Positions 12,696-26,052 of a stretch of 64,000 bases of DNA are shown piece after piece. This stretch comes from a virus (taxonomy: Duplodnaviria; Caudoviricetes). The notes under the pieces were generated by a model. It searched no databases, was not told the origin of the DNA, and saw nothing but the letters and a program-made list of their open reading frames with translations. The stretch is from IMG/VR virus record IMGVR_UViG_3300032007_000068, positions 11,926 to 75,925 of that record; one strand, written 5' to 3'. Position numbers and translations under genes: made by a program. The first letter of the stretch is position 1, and the number at the start of each line of letters is the position of its first letter.

Positions 12696-15600
12696 ATGAA
12701 TGAAGTACAAGAACAAATCTATCGTGCTGTTGATATATTAGGCGATGCATTAAAAGATACTTTACAGTATGACCGCACCTACCCAGCTACCGTAACAGAG
12801 ATTGTAGACCCTCTCTTAGGGCAGTATAGAGTCAGGTATGAAAACTCTAATATACTAGCAAGGTCACGTAGCCTGAGTGATAAGTATCGTGTTAACGATG
12901 TCGTATTTGTCACTGAGCCAGCGGTGCATTGCGCTGACGTAGATACTAATTTTTATATAATTGGTAAAGTAAAGAACTCTGCGTTGGACGCGGCAGATAT
13001 TACAGCTTTATAGAATTATACTATTCCAGTTTCTACCAATTTATTGGAAGGTATTGTTCCAATTAATTATATAGATGGGAATGAGACAAAACAATAGAAT
13101 GGATTAATCGCCGGATGCGCGCCGTTGGCTCTTACCGCGGCGGTTACACCGCTTACTTGGGATGAGTCTTTTAAAATAACACCTATTATTAAATTAGAAG
13201 CAGAGTTCCGCACGGAACTCTAGTCTGAGCATGCCGCGGGCAATTATGGTCTACGCTTGAAGTTTAATAATAATAAGACTTATACGCTAGACTTATCGTC
13301 CTTTAATGGCCGGCCCTATGAATTTAATGACTGGGCGCCGCAATCAGCGTTCTTCGTTGTAGAAAAAGATATGAAGCTTACTAAAGTAGAGTTCTTTTAG
13401 GAAGGTATGGCAGTAGACAAGGTCTAGGATGCCGCTACTTTGAGCTGGAAAGAAAATACCACGGTCCCCAATCTATTTGTGCGGAATTTATCCCTTACTT
13501 TTGTTAATAAGAAAGATTTAACTCAAGAAGAGTATTATTTAGCTGTCTCAGCCCCGCAAGGTAGATATATAGATGAAAATAACTCTATTATCTTACAGGC
13601 TAGGTTATTAAACTATGGCGAAGAAGTTGCTCCTACTACTATTTAGTGGTATAAGAAGAATATCAATATAAAGAATAGTGAAGATGCGGGCTATGATATT
13701 AATTTAGGTGCGATGTGGGAAGCTTTAGAAGGCGAAATTGATACCACTTTAGCATTGGCTTATGTGGAAAACATAGATAAGTATTAGACTTATAAAGTAA
13801 GAGTTACTTATAATGGAGCTGGGTATTTATCAGATGAAATTTCTGTATAGGCTTTCTCTACTAACGCGAATGATTTTGAAATTGAGCGGAGGATGGTAAC
13901 AACTCAAGAAGAGCTATTTTTATCTCCTATGGGTGATGGTAAATGGGCTTCTTTGATTAATAATACATATACTATATTAAATAATGGCGAGACTACTAAT
14001 TCTATTTAGCCCGTGGATTACGGTATGTATTATGCCTATGTTAGCGGTATCGGTATCAAGAGCTATAATTACTAGTCACGAAAAGTAGTGATGGGTGATG
14101 TATCTGGTGATGTAAGTGTTATTTGGAGCGGTTAGACTTCATATTTATATAATGCATATGGTATGGTCGATGATTATACTATTACTGAAAAGGTGCGGCA
14201 GCTAACTGCTGCAATAAACTGGAATAAAGACAAACCAGCTAGTTATACTGTAGCTTGGGAGTATCCTACCGAAAATACTCTGCTAACTAAAGTAGCGGCT
14301 ATTACAGCAACGAACGCTGATACGGCTTCTATAAGTTATAATATTGCGTCAAGGTATAAAGAAAGTACGAATAATAAACTTATTTTGCGTATAGTAACTG
14401 CGGGCGATATTTATACCTTTGAAAAAGAGATTTTATTTGCGCGAAACGGAGACCCCGGCACTAATGGTACCGGATATCTGGTTTATGTGCGGCCGCAAGA
14501 TGAAGGATATCATTATCTAACTAATGATAATAGTATTATTTACGAGGTAACAGCTTATAAGAATGGTGAATTAACCACACCGAGTCAATGCGTCTGGACC
14601 GGGCATAATGTTAAAGCTACGGAGAATGGAGCCATTTGTACAGTAGAAAAATTGCCGGTTACTGCGGAATCTAAAAATGAGACTTTGTATGATGCTAATG
14701 ACGGTTGCTCTATTAAAGTTGCTGTGACTATTGATGGCTAGATAATTACTGCTTTTTGCCCAATTGATGTAGCTTTATCCAATGCCTCTATACCCAATGG
14801 GGTGGATTATTCTACTTTGCCTAGGTATGTGCAATACAATGCAGCGGGCTATAATCCTATTTGGGATAATTCTCCTATTGATGCAGATTTATCAAAACCA
14901 AACAATTTACTTACTATATCCAATGGTTAGATTGTTCCTATAAATACTTATAATTATAGTCGAGATGGGGCTAAAGTTGGCGCAGTAAATATAGATAATA
15001 AAGTTCGTCATTCTATTGTTTATTATCTCAATGTATATGGTAATGAAAATATTAATGGTTGGGATGGATAGGTTCTTATAGATAAAAAGAATAACTGTAT
15101 CTATGCGGCTTAGGTTGGAGCCGGTTATAAAAATAATGATAATGAGTTTAGTGGTGTGGTAATGGGTAAAGCCGCGCTTCCTGGAGAGACCGGTGATGTA
15201 CAAACTGGTTTATACGGTTTTAAGGATGGTGAAGCGAGATTCGGCTTTAGAGAAGATGGTACTGGTTTTATTGGAAAATCTGGAAGTAGAATTACATTAA
15301 ATGAGGATGGGCAAGCTAATATTACTTTACCTGATACTGGTTATATTTCTTTTGACTCTGGGGGTTTTGCGACAACTTCAAATTTAGATGCGTTGGCTTC
15401 AGATTTAGATGCGTTGGCCGAAGGCGAATATACCCCACCTAGTTCTACTTTTATTACTAAAAAGAAAATTCATACTCCAGAAATCTATAGTGGGAAAATA
15501 TATGGTGGCGAATTTTATGCCATAGATGGGGGCGATTCGCGTGCCATTATGAAACCAGACGGTTTCCGCGTACAGGTTTTGCAAGAAAATAGTAGCGGTG

Positions 15601-16004
15601 AAAAAGAAGTATGGTCTAAAATAAAAATAGGCGTCGCTAATAACGCAACCACTTGGAATGAGCCTTTTATTCGTATAGGCACTGGTTACGGCTAGCAAGG
15701 TGCCGCAGTGATAAAAAAGACAACGAGTAGTTTATTAATGGGGTTCGCTAAGTATGATGATAGCGCACCTACTAATTCGGGCGGGACTGGTTCAGACGTA
15801 AGTTCCACTAATCCTTGGGACAAAAATGAAAAATACACAAATACTTTACAAGCCGCAGAGGCGATTAGCGATAATACAATTGATAGTTCGGCATTTACTG
15901 GGTTACAATTAAAGAGTGGTACTGCTAATAAAATTGCGTTTTATATTAATGGGAATGAAGTGGCTGAAATTACTCCATAGGGTTTAACTGCGGTTTGGGG
16001 GTAA
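12696..16004 (+). CDS. Large tail/baseplate-region protein, about 1102 aa (code 15)
   Basis: Fragments at 12696, 13440, 14163, 15156 and 15708 are in one frame and joined through TAG, ending at TAA 16002-16004. It is beta-rich and lies immediately downstream of the tape measure gene. Confidence 0.75.
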
Positions 16005-16013
16005 TAATAAATT

Positions 16014-16697
16014 ATGGCAACTTATTTTTCTGGACTAAAAATAACTTAGAAACAACCTTATTCTAATGATGGTGGTAATTTTACAGTTTCATTTACTGCT
16101 AAAGCCGATGGGTCTTGGAAATTTCTAGTTTAGTCGGTAAAAGCTAATTCAGAGGGAATATATAGTTGGTATCTTAAATATCCTCCTAAAGAAGATGATG
16201 ATACTACTACTACTTCTGGAGAAACTTGTTCAGGAGATTTCTCTACTGATAAAGCTGGAGTAACATATAATGGCAAACTTGTTTTTACTACCACTGGGGG
16301 CGCCGTAGAAGAAGGAGCTATATCTTTTTATGTTGCCGTTCCTCGTCCTGCTACTTTTTCATGGGATACTGCGACTATAGGAAAGGGAGAGACAATTAAT
16401 ATTGTTATCACACCAGGGGGAGAAAAAAAACTAGCTCCACTTACTGCGGAGGAATGGAATAAATATTGTGCCAATGTTTAGGAAGTGGCAGAATATAAAG
16501 GGGTAACTCTTTCAAGTATGCCTACCGTATCTAGATATGCTACAATGGAAAAAGACACTATTAATAATATAATTAATAAATTAAGAACCATACCAGATAT
16601 TAATACTTCTAAAATACCGGCAATAGTAACTAAAGGTTAGCCTATTAAAGCTTCTACCTTTATCAGTTTGCGCGATGCAATTAATAGTGTTCCTTAA
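16014..16697 (+). CDS. Hypothetical tail-associated protein, 227 aa (code 15; absent from track)
   Basis: ATG 16014, MATYFSGLKITQKQPYSNDGGNF...IKASTFISLRDAINSVP, TAA 16695-16697. It contains several in-frame TAG. Confidence 0.7.
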
Positions 16698-16698
16698 T

Positions 16699-16728
16699 AA
16701 GAGGGGGAGAGTTAATCTCTCCCCTTTT
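16699..16728 (+). terminator. Intrinsic terminator
   Basis: GGGGAGAG-TTAAT-CTCTCCCC followed by TTTT. Confidence 0.75.
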
Positions 16729-16773
16729 GGACTAATATGAATAATCTTTTTATAAGATTTTTTATATTATATA
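16727..16773 (+). promoter_or_regulatory. Copy of recurrent 47-nt promoter-like motif
   Basis: TTGGACTAAT...ATTTTTTATATTATATA, located between a terminator and the next RBS. Confidence 0.45.
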
Positions 16774-16807
16774 GAACTTAAAATGAGTAAAAGGAGGTAA
16801 TTTAAAG

Positions 16808-19800
16808 ATGCCTTTAGCATTAACGCAAATTAATTATACTGTAGACGACCGATGCTGTAGCGTTAGAGTAACAAAGGTAAAAGCGCCCGCTGGCATACCA
16901 CGAGATTACTCTACAGTACCAACATATATGGTAGATCTAGAAGGGAAAGAAGTTTATACTGGACGTGCACCAGTAACATATACTACTGCTCCAGGCACAA
17001 ACAAAAGTGGCGGCGGCGGTGATGAACTAGCTATAATATAGGATGGCGAAGTTGTAGACAAAACCATAATAGAACTAAATGATGGTGAAGAAAAAGAAGT
17101 CATTTTTTCTAATATAAATCCTAATGCTTCTATCACTTTCCGCTTAACCACTTGGGATAATGTAATAAAAGCAATAAATTAGACACTGGCTTTACTTTAG
17201 CAAACTAATATTCCGGCTACTGCTCTTACACAAAAATTGGCTAATTATATCGTTACTTATAATAAGAATACTGGTCTGGTTAAATTTATAATAACTCCTA
17301 ATTTAAATTCTAACTGTAATTGGTTCCGTTTCCATCTAAGAAAAACTTCCGATAATACCAGTGATTTATTAAAAAATAGTGCGGTCGCCGATTCTTCTGG
17401 TCAAGTGTGGAAACAATCAAAAAATGGCGAAAAAGTTGAGTTCGAATTTACAATATCTAATCCGAACAATTCAGATCAATTTTATGCGGCTAATGTATAT
17501 TAGTCAGAAACAAAAGGTTACAAATAGGGAATTAATGCCGGCTTTTTGGGAGCGTATTACTTCCCCCGTAGTGCTAGCGATGATAGTATTACAACCAACT
17601 TACCTGGTAGGACCGAACCAGAAGATTTAACTACTGCTAAGTTTGTAGCTTCTGTATCTAGAATAAAAGAAAAAAACTCTACAAATTATACGGATAATTT
17701 TAATATTGACATAGCACCTCTGGATAGTAATAGTCACAGTTATCAAATTACAATTAAAGATAAAACAAATAATGTAACACTATAGAATAGAGGGACCGCA
17801 ACATCTTATACGCGTGAACTTCTTGGTGAAAATGATAAATCTATTATTCATCAAAATACCTATTATCTTGTTACGGTAACAGACAATGGCGTTTCATTAG
17901 GCACTTAGGAAATAATGGCGCCAGGAGTGGAGCTTAAGCTGGGCAGCTTTATCGTTCCAAAAGAAACTGTCTATTCTACTGGATTTTCTGTTGAAATAGC
18001 ACCTTATTCAGAGGATAACGAAACTTCTGATTGTCCGTGGTATTATATTGTGGTAGAGAAAGAAAATGATGATGTGGGGCTTTATACTAAAAAAGCCTGG
18101 GTTTCTTTGCCTTTTAATATAAATAATGAAGATAAAAAAATATATAATTACAACTCTACAATTAAAGTATTCTTTAACCACTTGGCTGCCGAAACTAAAT
18201 ATTATATCTCTGTTTACCAATCAGAAAAACCAAATATAGTTTATGGACTTCATGCTGGGCAATTAGAACCAGATTCAGAAGATACCTCGTCTGTCGTTAT
18301 ACCAAATAGTGGTAAACCTTATATTAATACGCCAAGCGTGTTAAGCCGTGGAGCAGAAGCAATAGCTGGATATCCTCTTATATTAGACTCCACTTCCCCC
18401 GTACATACTATTAAGGATAATTTAGATTTAACTTATCATTTATCCGCGGGGACTAGTGATGAAGATGTCTAGCATTTAGAAATTAAGGTTATGCGGCTTT
18501 CAAATAATAAATTACTGGGTAATAGCCCAGATGGTATTATTTATAAAGAAGTTAAATAGGACGAGTTAGGCGCCGTTACTATTTCTGCGGAAAAAGATTT
18601 AATTACTTAGGCTTGGGAACCTGGAGCTTTATATAAAATACAAATACGCTATGGGAGTGTGCCTTTAGAAGAAATTTTAGGGAAACCTTGGGTTTATGAT
18701 GCGGAATAGGTTAAGGCTTGGCGTGATAATAATTTACTATCTGAATGGTCTAATGTTCTGGTAGTAAAATACATTACTGGGTTTAACGCAGTTATTTAGG
18801 AATTTGCGGAGGAAGATAGTGCCTCTGCTTTGCACGTTTTATCCCAATATACTCCTACTTTTACTGGCATAGTCACCCCTCTGAGCGCCGCAGATAAAGA
18901 ACCAGTCACTCAATGTAAATTTGATTTATATGATGATAATGATAATTTACTTGAGACTTCTGACTGGATAGTTGGTAATGGCAATGACCCATATAGATTT
19001 AGTTACTTGTTTGAAGATTATACTATATATCAAATATAGTATTCATATAGAACTTTAAATGGTTTTGAGGGTTCTTCTGCTAAAAACTCTTTTGAAATCA
19101 TTATTAATGAATTAGAAGAATAGTTAGAAGGAGTAAGCCTTATCGCCACTTCTAAAGAAGAAGAATTTAATCGAGAAAGTGGAACTATTAGGTTATATTT
19201 AAATGGAGAAACTGACTTTACTGGTAGTTATGTATTAAGCAGAGCTAGCGAGGAAGATAACTTTCGCAGATATACTGATTTATAGGTTTATAATTGGTAT
19301 CAATAGAAAAAAGTAGAAGAATTGATCTTTACCGATTATACAGTTGAGAGCGGAGTTTTATATAGATATGCTTTCTAGAAGCTAGATGAAAGCGGCCTCC
19401 GCACCAGTTCAATCTTTTCTGACCTTGTAGAGATTAATTTAGAATATGCTTATTTGTATCGAGATGGGATACAACTAAAGCTTGAACTTGATAATAAGAT
19501 GAATAGCTTTAAACATACAGTATAGCGCACTAAACAAGATACTTTAGGTGGCCGCTATCCTAAATTCTTAGCTAATGGATATACTTACTATGCGGAGTTC
19601 CCTGTAACGGGATTAATTAGCTTTTAGGCAGATGAACAACAGACTTTCATCTCCCAAAAGCCAGATGGTATTTATGCTGGTACTAAATTAATCGCTCCGG
19701 CCCGCAAGTTTGAACAGCCCTGGCTCGAACAAAGAGTTTTAGATAACATTGTTGTTGAAACTGATGATAATCGTTTTGCTATTGATTATAGCTTAGGACA

Positions 19801-20722
19801 CAATAATTACTTCGTTGAGCGTAGATTTAGAGAGGCTGTAGAAAGTTGGCTTAATGATTTTAATTATAAGCTTTTCCGTTCTCGTAGCGAAGGCAATATT
19901 CCAGTTATGTTAATGAATCTTTCAATGACACCTAATGAAACTTTAGGACGTTTGATATATAGTTTTACTGCTACTGCTTATGAAGCATTTGAGTCTGCTT
20001 TAGAAAATTACTTTACTTATGGTATTTAGACCAAAGATGAGGCCATTTCTCTTCCCGAGTTAGCTGGAACAATGGAAGGTTTTGGACAATATATAGTGAC
20101 TGAAGTCGGTGAAGATGTTTATTCAGCTATTAGTAAAGCCATCGCAAAAACTAAGGTTTTAGATGGTAAATATAAAGAAAGTTTAACTGGTTTAACTTAT
20201 TTATCAATAGAACAGGCTGCGGATGCCAGAGGGCCATATTCTATTATTGTGAATGGTACTACAATTACCTAGCCGGAGGGCCGAAAGTATGTGGTAACAG
20301 AAAAAGTAACTTCTTTAATAGCTAATACAGCGGGATTAATTATTAATTATAAATGCGAGAAAGAATTAGTTTTAACGGAAGAAGCTAAAGTTATAGATAG
20401 CATGATTACGACGGTCCAATTTGGTCAAATAATATTAAACAATTCTATCTCTGATATAGTAGAATTAATTAAAGAACAAATAAACAAAGATTCAGGGTTA
20501 GAAAAAGAAGAGCTTGGCCGCATCACCTATCTAGCTATTACCGATACGGACCCAACCGCGCACATTACTATTAATGGTGCTGAAACTTATATAGTGGGAG
20601 AAACGTGTTAGTTTATTTTAGATAATCCGCCTATTACTATTACTTCTCTTGCTATTGACAAACCCGCAATTATTAACTTTAAGGTTACAAAGATAACTAC
20701 TAAATATTAGAAAGTGGGGTAA
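16808..20722 (+). CDS. Large virion/baseplate-region protein, about 1304 aa (code 15)
   Basis: Fragments at 16808, 17237, 17546, 17915, 18830, 20072 and 20291 are in one frame (mod 3 = 2) and joined by TAG, ending at TAA 20720-20722. It has beta-sandwich-like composition. Confidence 0.72.
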
Positions 20723-20726
20723 TTTA

Positions 20727-22907
20727 ATGAATTATTTAGATGATATAGAGTTTCTTGAACGAGTTGATTTAGTACCTCGTCGAGTACAATATGCTAAAAT
20801 TACTCTACTTGCTTTTGATACTGAACTGCCTATTAAAACAATAGAAGGATAGATTACTTCTGGTAATTTATCTGTCAATGGTGCTTCCGCAGTGCGGCGG
20901 ACTCTTACCTTATCTGAAATAGCTAGTGTGGAAAATTCAGATATTGAAAATTTAGAAAATGAAATTTCTTTAAAACGCAAAGTTAAAGTTGAAATTGGAT
21001 ATGAAAACCCCTTCGCCAACGAAGGGGTTTATCCAGATAAGATTTTATGGTTTCCTTGCGGAGACTTTGTACTCTCTTCCGCCAGCTTGTCCCGTTCTAC
21101 CTCTGGCTTCAATATTAGTATTAGCGGTAAAGATAAAATGTGTTTATTAGATGGAACTGCGGGAGGTGTGATACCTAGCTAGACTGCTTTTCACGAGCGA
21201 GCAATCTAGGTTAATGATAAATTGACCAAATATGAGTCACCAACTATCCATTAGATTATATATGAAGCTGTTAATCACTGGGGTGGTATTCCTGCGGACA
21301 AAATAGTAATTAGTGATATTGATGAAGAGGTGCGGATGCTAGTCAAATACATCGGCAGCGATCCTATTTACTTTAATGATGAATTTACTGCTTTTTCTAG
21401 GCAGCAAGGCGATTCTTATAAGAATGTAGTGGTAAAAGGAGAAGACGTGGGTTATAAAATGACTCCTTTTACTTATCCCGGCGAGCTCATACTCAAAGCG
21501 GGAGATACAGTAGTTACTTTATTAGACAATATCGTTAAAGTTTTAGGCAATTTTGAATATTTCTTTGATGTCCACGGGAACTTTATTTTTAGAAAAATTC
21601 GCAATTATTTGAATACAGCTTCTCCTTTAGAGGAATTAAAAAAGGCTATAGCCCCTGAGGAAATTGAAGAAGATGCTGAGGAAATTGAAGAAGATGCTGA
21701 GGAAATTGAAGAAGATGCTGAGGTTTGTTATATAAAAGATTATAATAACGAAAAATATTTATATGATTTAACTTCTCTTGATAATACTACTTAGATTACT
21801 TCAACTCCTAAATATGATAATATAAAGAATGATTATTATGTTTGGGGACAAAGACAAAATCCATCTGGAGCCAAAGTAGATATTTGTTATCATCTAATTA
21901 TAGATAAACGTCCTGAGAGAAATTACTTCGATAAGGATATATGCGGGGTAGTGAGTACTGCTGGCACTTTTGTTACATACACCGATGGTTTAAAGCTACT
22001 GCGGGAAGGCGATTTGGGTGATAGTACTTCTGTGGTGACAAATGGGCCGCTAGAACTTGAGATTTCTAATATTACCAAAATGCCATAGATTAATGAGTTA
22101 TTCGCTTATCAAGCCAGCTCCGACGATAAAGATGAAAACGTCTATAAAATTACTTCTATAGAAGAGGGGCAGAGTAAATGCAAAGCCAAGCTTATTCCAA
22201 CCTTTTGTAGGGCTCCCGCCATGAAGGACCAGCGCTTCGAGTGGAGGGAAGAGCTATATCGCCGCGCCTTACTCGCGCAATCCAATCCTTTAATTCTGGA
22301 AGACAACTATTATAGTTCTGAAATGCTGCGTTTTTGGCGCGAATTATATGACCCCCTTAAGTGGGGTTTGGAGAATCCATGGAACCCAATCGTAACGACC
22401 GCTAACAAGCGCAGATGGAATGAATTAAATTATTGGATAGATATGATAGATACTTCTTCTGCTCTTGGTAATTATTCTATTAATTCAATAGGTCGTCGGA
22501 CAAAAGTGGTTAATAATACTTCGCTAAATTCCATATTTAATAAGGAAGTGAATGATACTATTTTTATTCCAAGCGACATAAGCGAGGAAGAAAGAAATAG
22601 ATTGATTAAATTAGTACCTAATTACTTCTTCTTGAATAAAGCTAATTAGGATTTATTCACTATCAGTTCTACTGGCGCTAGCTGTTTTGATGAAATGCGG
22701 AATGCTTTATATCAATATTTAACTTATAATACTTAGATACAAATTACTTGTTTGCCTAAGTATTATTTAGAACCCAATAATATTATCCATATAGAAGATA
22801 TACAAAGCCATATTTCTGGTAATTACCAAATTACACAATTTAACTTGCCTCTAGCTTATAATGGCACAATGTCCATTACTGCTACAGAGGTTGTAGCAAG
22901 AGTATAA
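20727..22907 (+). CDS. Tail/baseplate hub-like protein (DUF5048-like C terminus), 726 aa (code 15)
   Basis: ATG 20727 with fragments at 20892, 21330 and 22221 in frame. The C terminus LPKYYLEPNNIIHIED...GNYQITQFNLPLAYNGTMSITATE resembles DUF5048-type phage tail proteins (recognised from memory, not searched). Confidence 0.65.
21655..21723 (+). repeat. In-frame perfect tandem repeat, 21 nt x 3.3, encoding (EEIEEDA)3
   Basis: CTGAGGAAATTGAAGAAGATG starts at 21655, 21676 and 21697, with a partial copy at 21718. Confidence 0.95.
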
Positions 22908-22924
22908 GAAAGGAGGAAGGAATA

Positions 22925-23184
22925 ATGGCAATAAAATAGACTTATATTTCCGATCAATCAAGCATACCTACAACCAATTTAATCACAGGAACCGCCACTA
23001 AAATAGGTATTTAGGCTTCTGCCGGTTCTAGTTTTCTATTAGATACATAGGAAATTAAAATTGGGCGTTCTGGGATTTATGAAATAGAAGGCGTAGAGAT
23101 AAAGGAAGTTAAATATCAAACAAGCGGTTCTCCCTTTATGCCTATTATTATAGATTATATTACAGAAGATGGGGTGACTAGTAT

Positions 23185-23188
<4 letters not shown>
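22925..23188 (+). CDS. Small hypothetical tail-region protein, 87 aa (code 15)
   Basis: AGGAGG RBS. MAIKQTYISDQ...KIGIQASAGSSF...IKIGRSGIYEIE. The TGA overlaps the next ATG. Contains 3 TAG. Confidence 0.7.
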
Positions 23189-24159
<971 letters not shown>

Positions 24160-24162
24160 TGA

Positions 24163-24594
24163 ATGGCTTTATTAAAAGGCTATGAGGGTAATAAAGCTAC
24201 TCTCGATGAAAATGCTACTACCCACGATGGGTATGTATATTTTGTTCACGAAACTGGCAAAACCAAGGGTAAGCTCTATACAGATGTAGGGGATACTCGT
24301 ATGGAAATTGCGGCCGGCGCTATCGTAGATGACGCTGGCGTAGAAAGGAAAACAACCCGATATACCACCACTTTAGCTGCCGTGAATTGGTCTAATGGCA
24401 CATATACTTATTCTAATACTAATTTAAAATGTGGAGACGGAACCATTCCCCCTATCATATCTTGCGTGAGTAATTAGAATGAATATAACTATATCACTTC
24501 TGCGACTGCGACCGCTGGTACTGGAATTACCTTTATGACTTTTCCAGTTCCTTCGAGCGATATAGAGATTGCCATTCTTGATTTCGGCTATTGA
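24163..24594 (+). CDS. Hypothetical tail fibre-associated protein, 143 aa
   Basis: Track ORF 24163-24477 extends through one TAG to TGA 24592-24594. Confidence 0.7.
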
Positions 24595-24597
24595 TTT

Positions 24598-24644
24598 TTG
24601 GGTCAAAAAGATTAATTTATCTTTTTAATTTTTTAAATAATATG
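24598..24644 (+). promoter_or_regulatory. Copy of recurrent 47-nt promoter-like motif
   Basis: TTGGGTCAAAAAGATTAATTTATC...ATTTTTTAAATAATATG, intergenic. Confidence 0.5.
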
Positions 24645-24667
24645 ACGAGGTAAGATACCAAATCTGT

Positions 24668-24701
24668 AATAGGGAGAGGTATATGCCTTTCCCTATTTTT
24701 T
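24668..24701 (+). terminator. Intrinsic terminator/attenuator in the leader of the fibre cassette
   Basis: AATAGGGAGAGG-TATATG-CCTTTCCCTATT 12-bp stem (one G-U) followed by TTTT. It is nested in an 8-bp helix AGGTAAGA (24648-55) / TCTTACCT (24701-08). Confidence 0.7.
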
Positions 24702-24724
24702 CTTACCTAGAAAGGAGATTGTTT

Positions 24725-26050
24725 ATGCCAATAAATGCAATTTTATCTGGTCAGAAAAATGCGGAAACGCTTTTTCCAGACTTTGATAAAATGACTCCAG
24801 TAAAAACCTTAACTTTTAATGTATCTTCCACTTCGACTTATGAGATAGGCCGCAGAAATAATTCTGGACTTGCCTCTGCCGCCGATTTTGATGAAACGAT
24901 TTTAATGCGTATTACGGTTACTGGTTCTAATATAGACCAAACTACTGATTTAATTATAAAAGGAAGCAAAGCTCTTTCCAATCCTATGGTTTATGCCTAT
25001 ACTAGAACGGCTAGCACGGCGAGCACAGCAACAGGAATTAAGTATTTATATTTTAGATATCCTTACGCTTTAAACAGCGGCAAGGATTGGCTCATTGATT
25101 TTGCGTGTAATGATAGTGCTGCGAGAGTTGTTACAGTAGAACTTTTTATGAATGATGCGGCCTGGGCCTGGAAAGAAAGCTTAGCTGCTAGTTCTTATAG
25201 TTCTAGCGATTAGAGCTCTGCAACTTTAACAGTTTATACTTATAGAGGATTAATTGCGCTTGGTACTCAAAATATTGTGGTTAGTAATGCTACAAATGCT
25301 GGTTATTTTACTTCTGCACAACCGGTTTTCGCGAGCGCAAATATGCCAGTATTGGGAGAAGCAGCGACAGACGTTTCTTTATTATATTTAAGTAATAATA
25401 ATAAGCTTTATAGAGTATCTAATAAAACTAAACCTATTAATCCCGAAGCTGGAATATTTTTATTATCGACCGCTGTTGCTTCTGGCAGCGCTCCTAATTA
25501 CAAAGATTTAAGACAAAAAACCGCTTGGACTACTTTAAATGGAGATTCTCCTACAAGTTTTAATGTTTTTGTCAAAGGAAGCCCTTTATATTTACGTTGT
25601 ACCTTAGACACTAATAATAATATTTTATCAGATGCTTATATAGATACCGCAATGCGAGCTGGATATACGTGGTGCTATATTGGGGTAGGTTCTAGTGCTA
25701 GTTCAATAAGTTTAGACACTAGCCATTGTATTTTCTTGACTTTAGATGAGGATGGAAAATTAACCCACATTAATGGTAAAGAAATTGCGACAAGCGGCAT
25801 TGAAGAGGGCCTCCCCACACTATCTAGCGCAGGAGTTTATTCTGCTATTGGTAGTAGTGTTACTACGGTAAGACCTATTGATAGTACTCCTACTTCTGGT
25901 AGTACTAACCCAGTATCTAGCGGTGGAGTTTATACTGCGCTTTAGAATATTCCTACCGTAGATGCTACACCTACCGCTAATAGTACGAACGCAGTATCAA
26001 GTGGTGGTGTATATGCTGCTATTATAGGTGCTATAGAGGGGAGCTATTAA
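24725..26050 (+). CDS. Tail fibre / receptor-binding-type protein, 441 aa (code 15)
   Basis: GAAAGGAG RBS then ATG 24725. Two TAG join the track fragments. It has two copies of the fibre motif D(S/A)TPT..STN.VSSGGVY.A near the C terminus. Confidence 0.65.
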
Positions 26051-26052
26051 TT

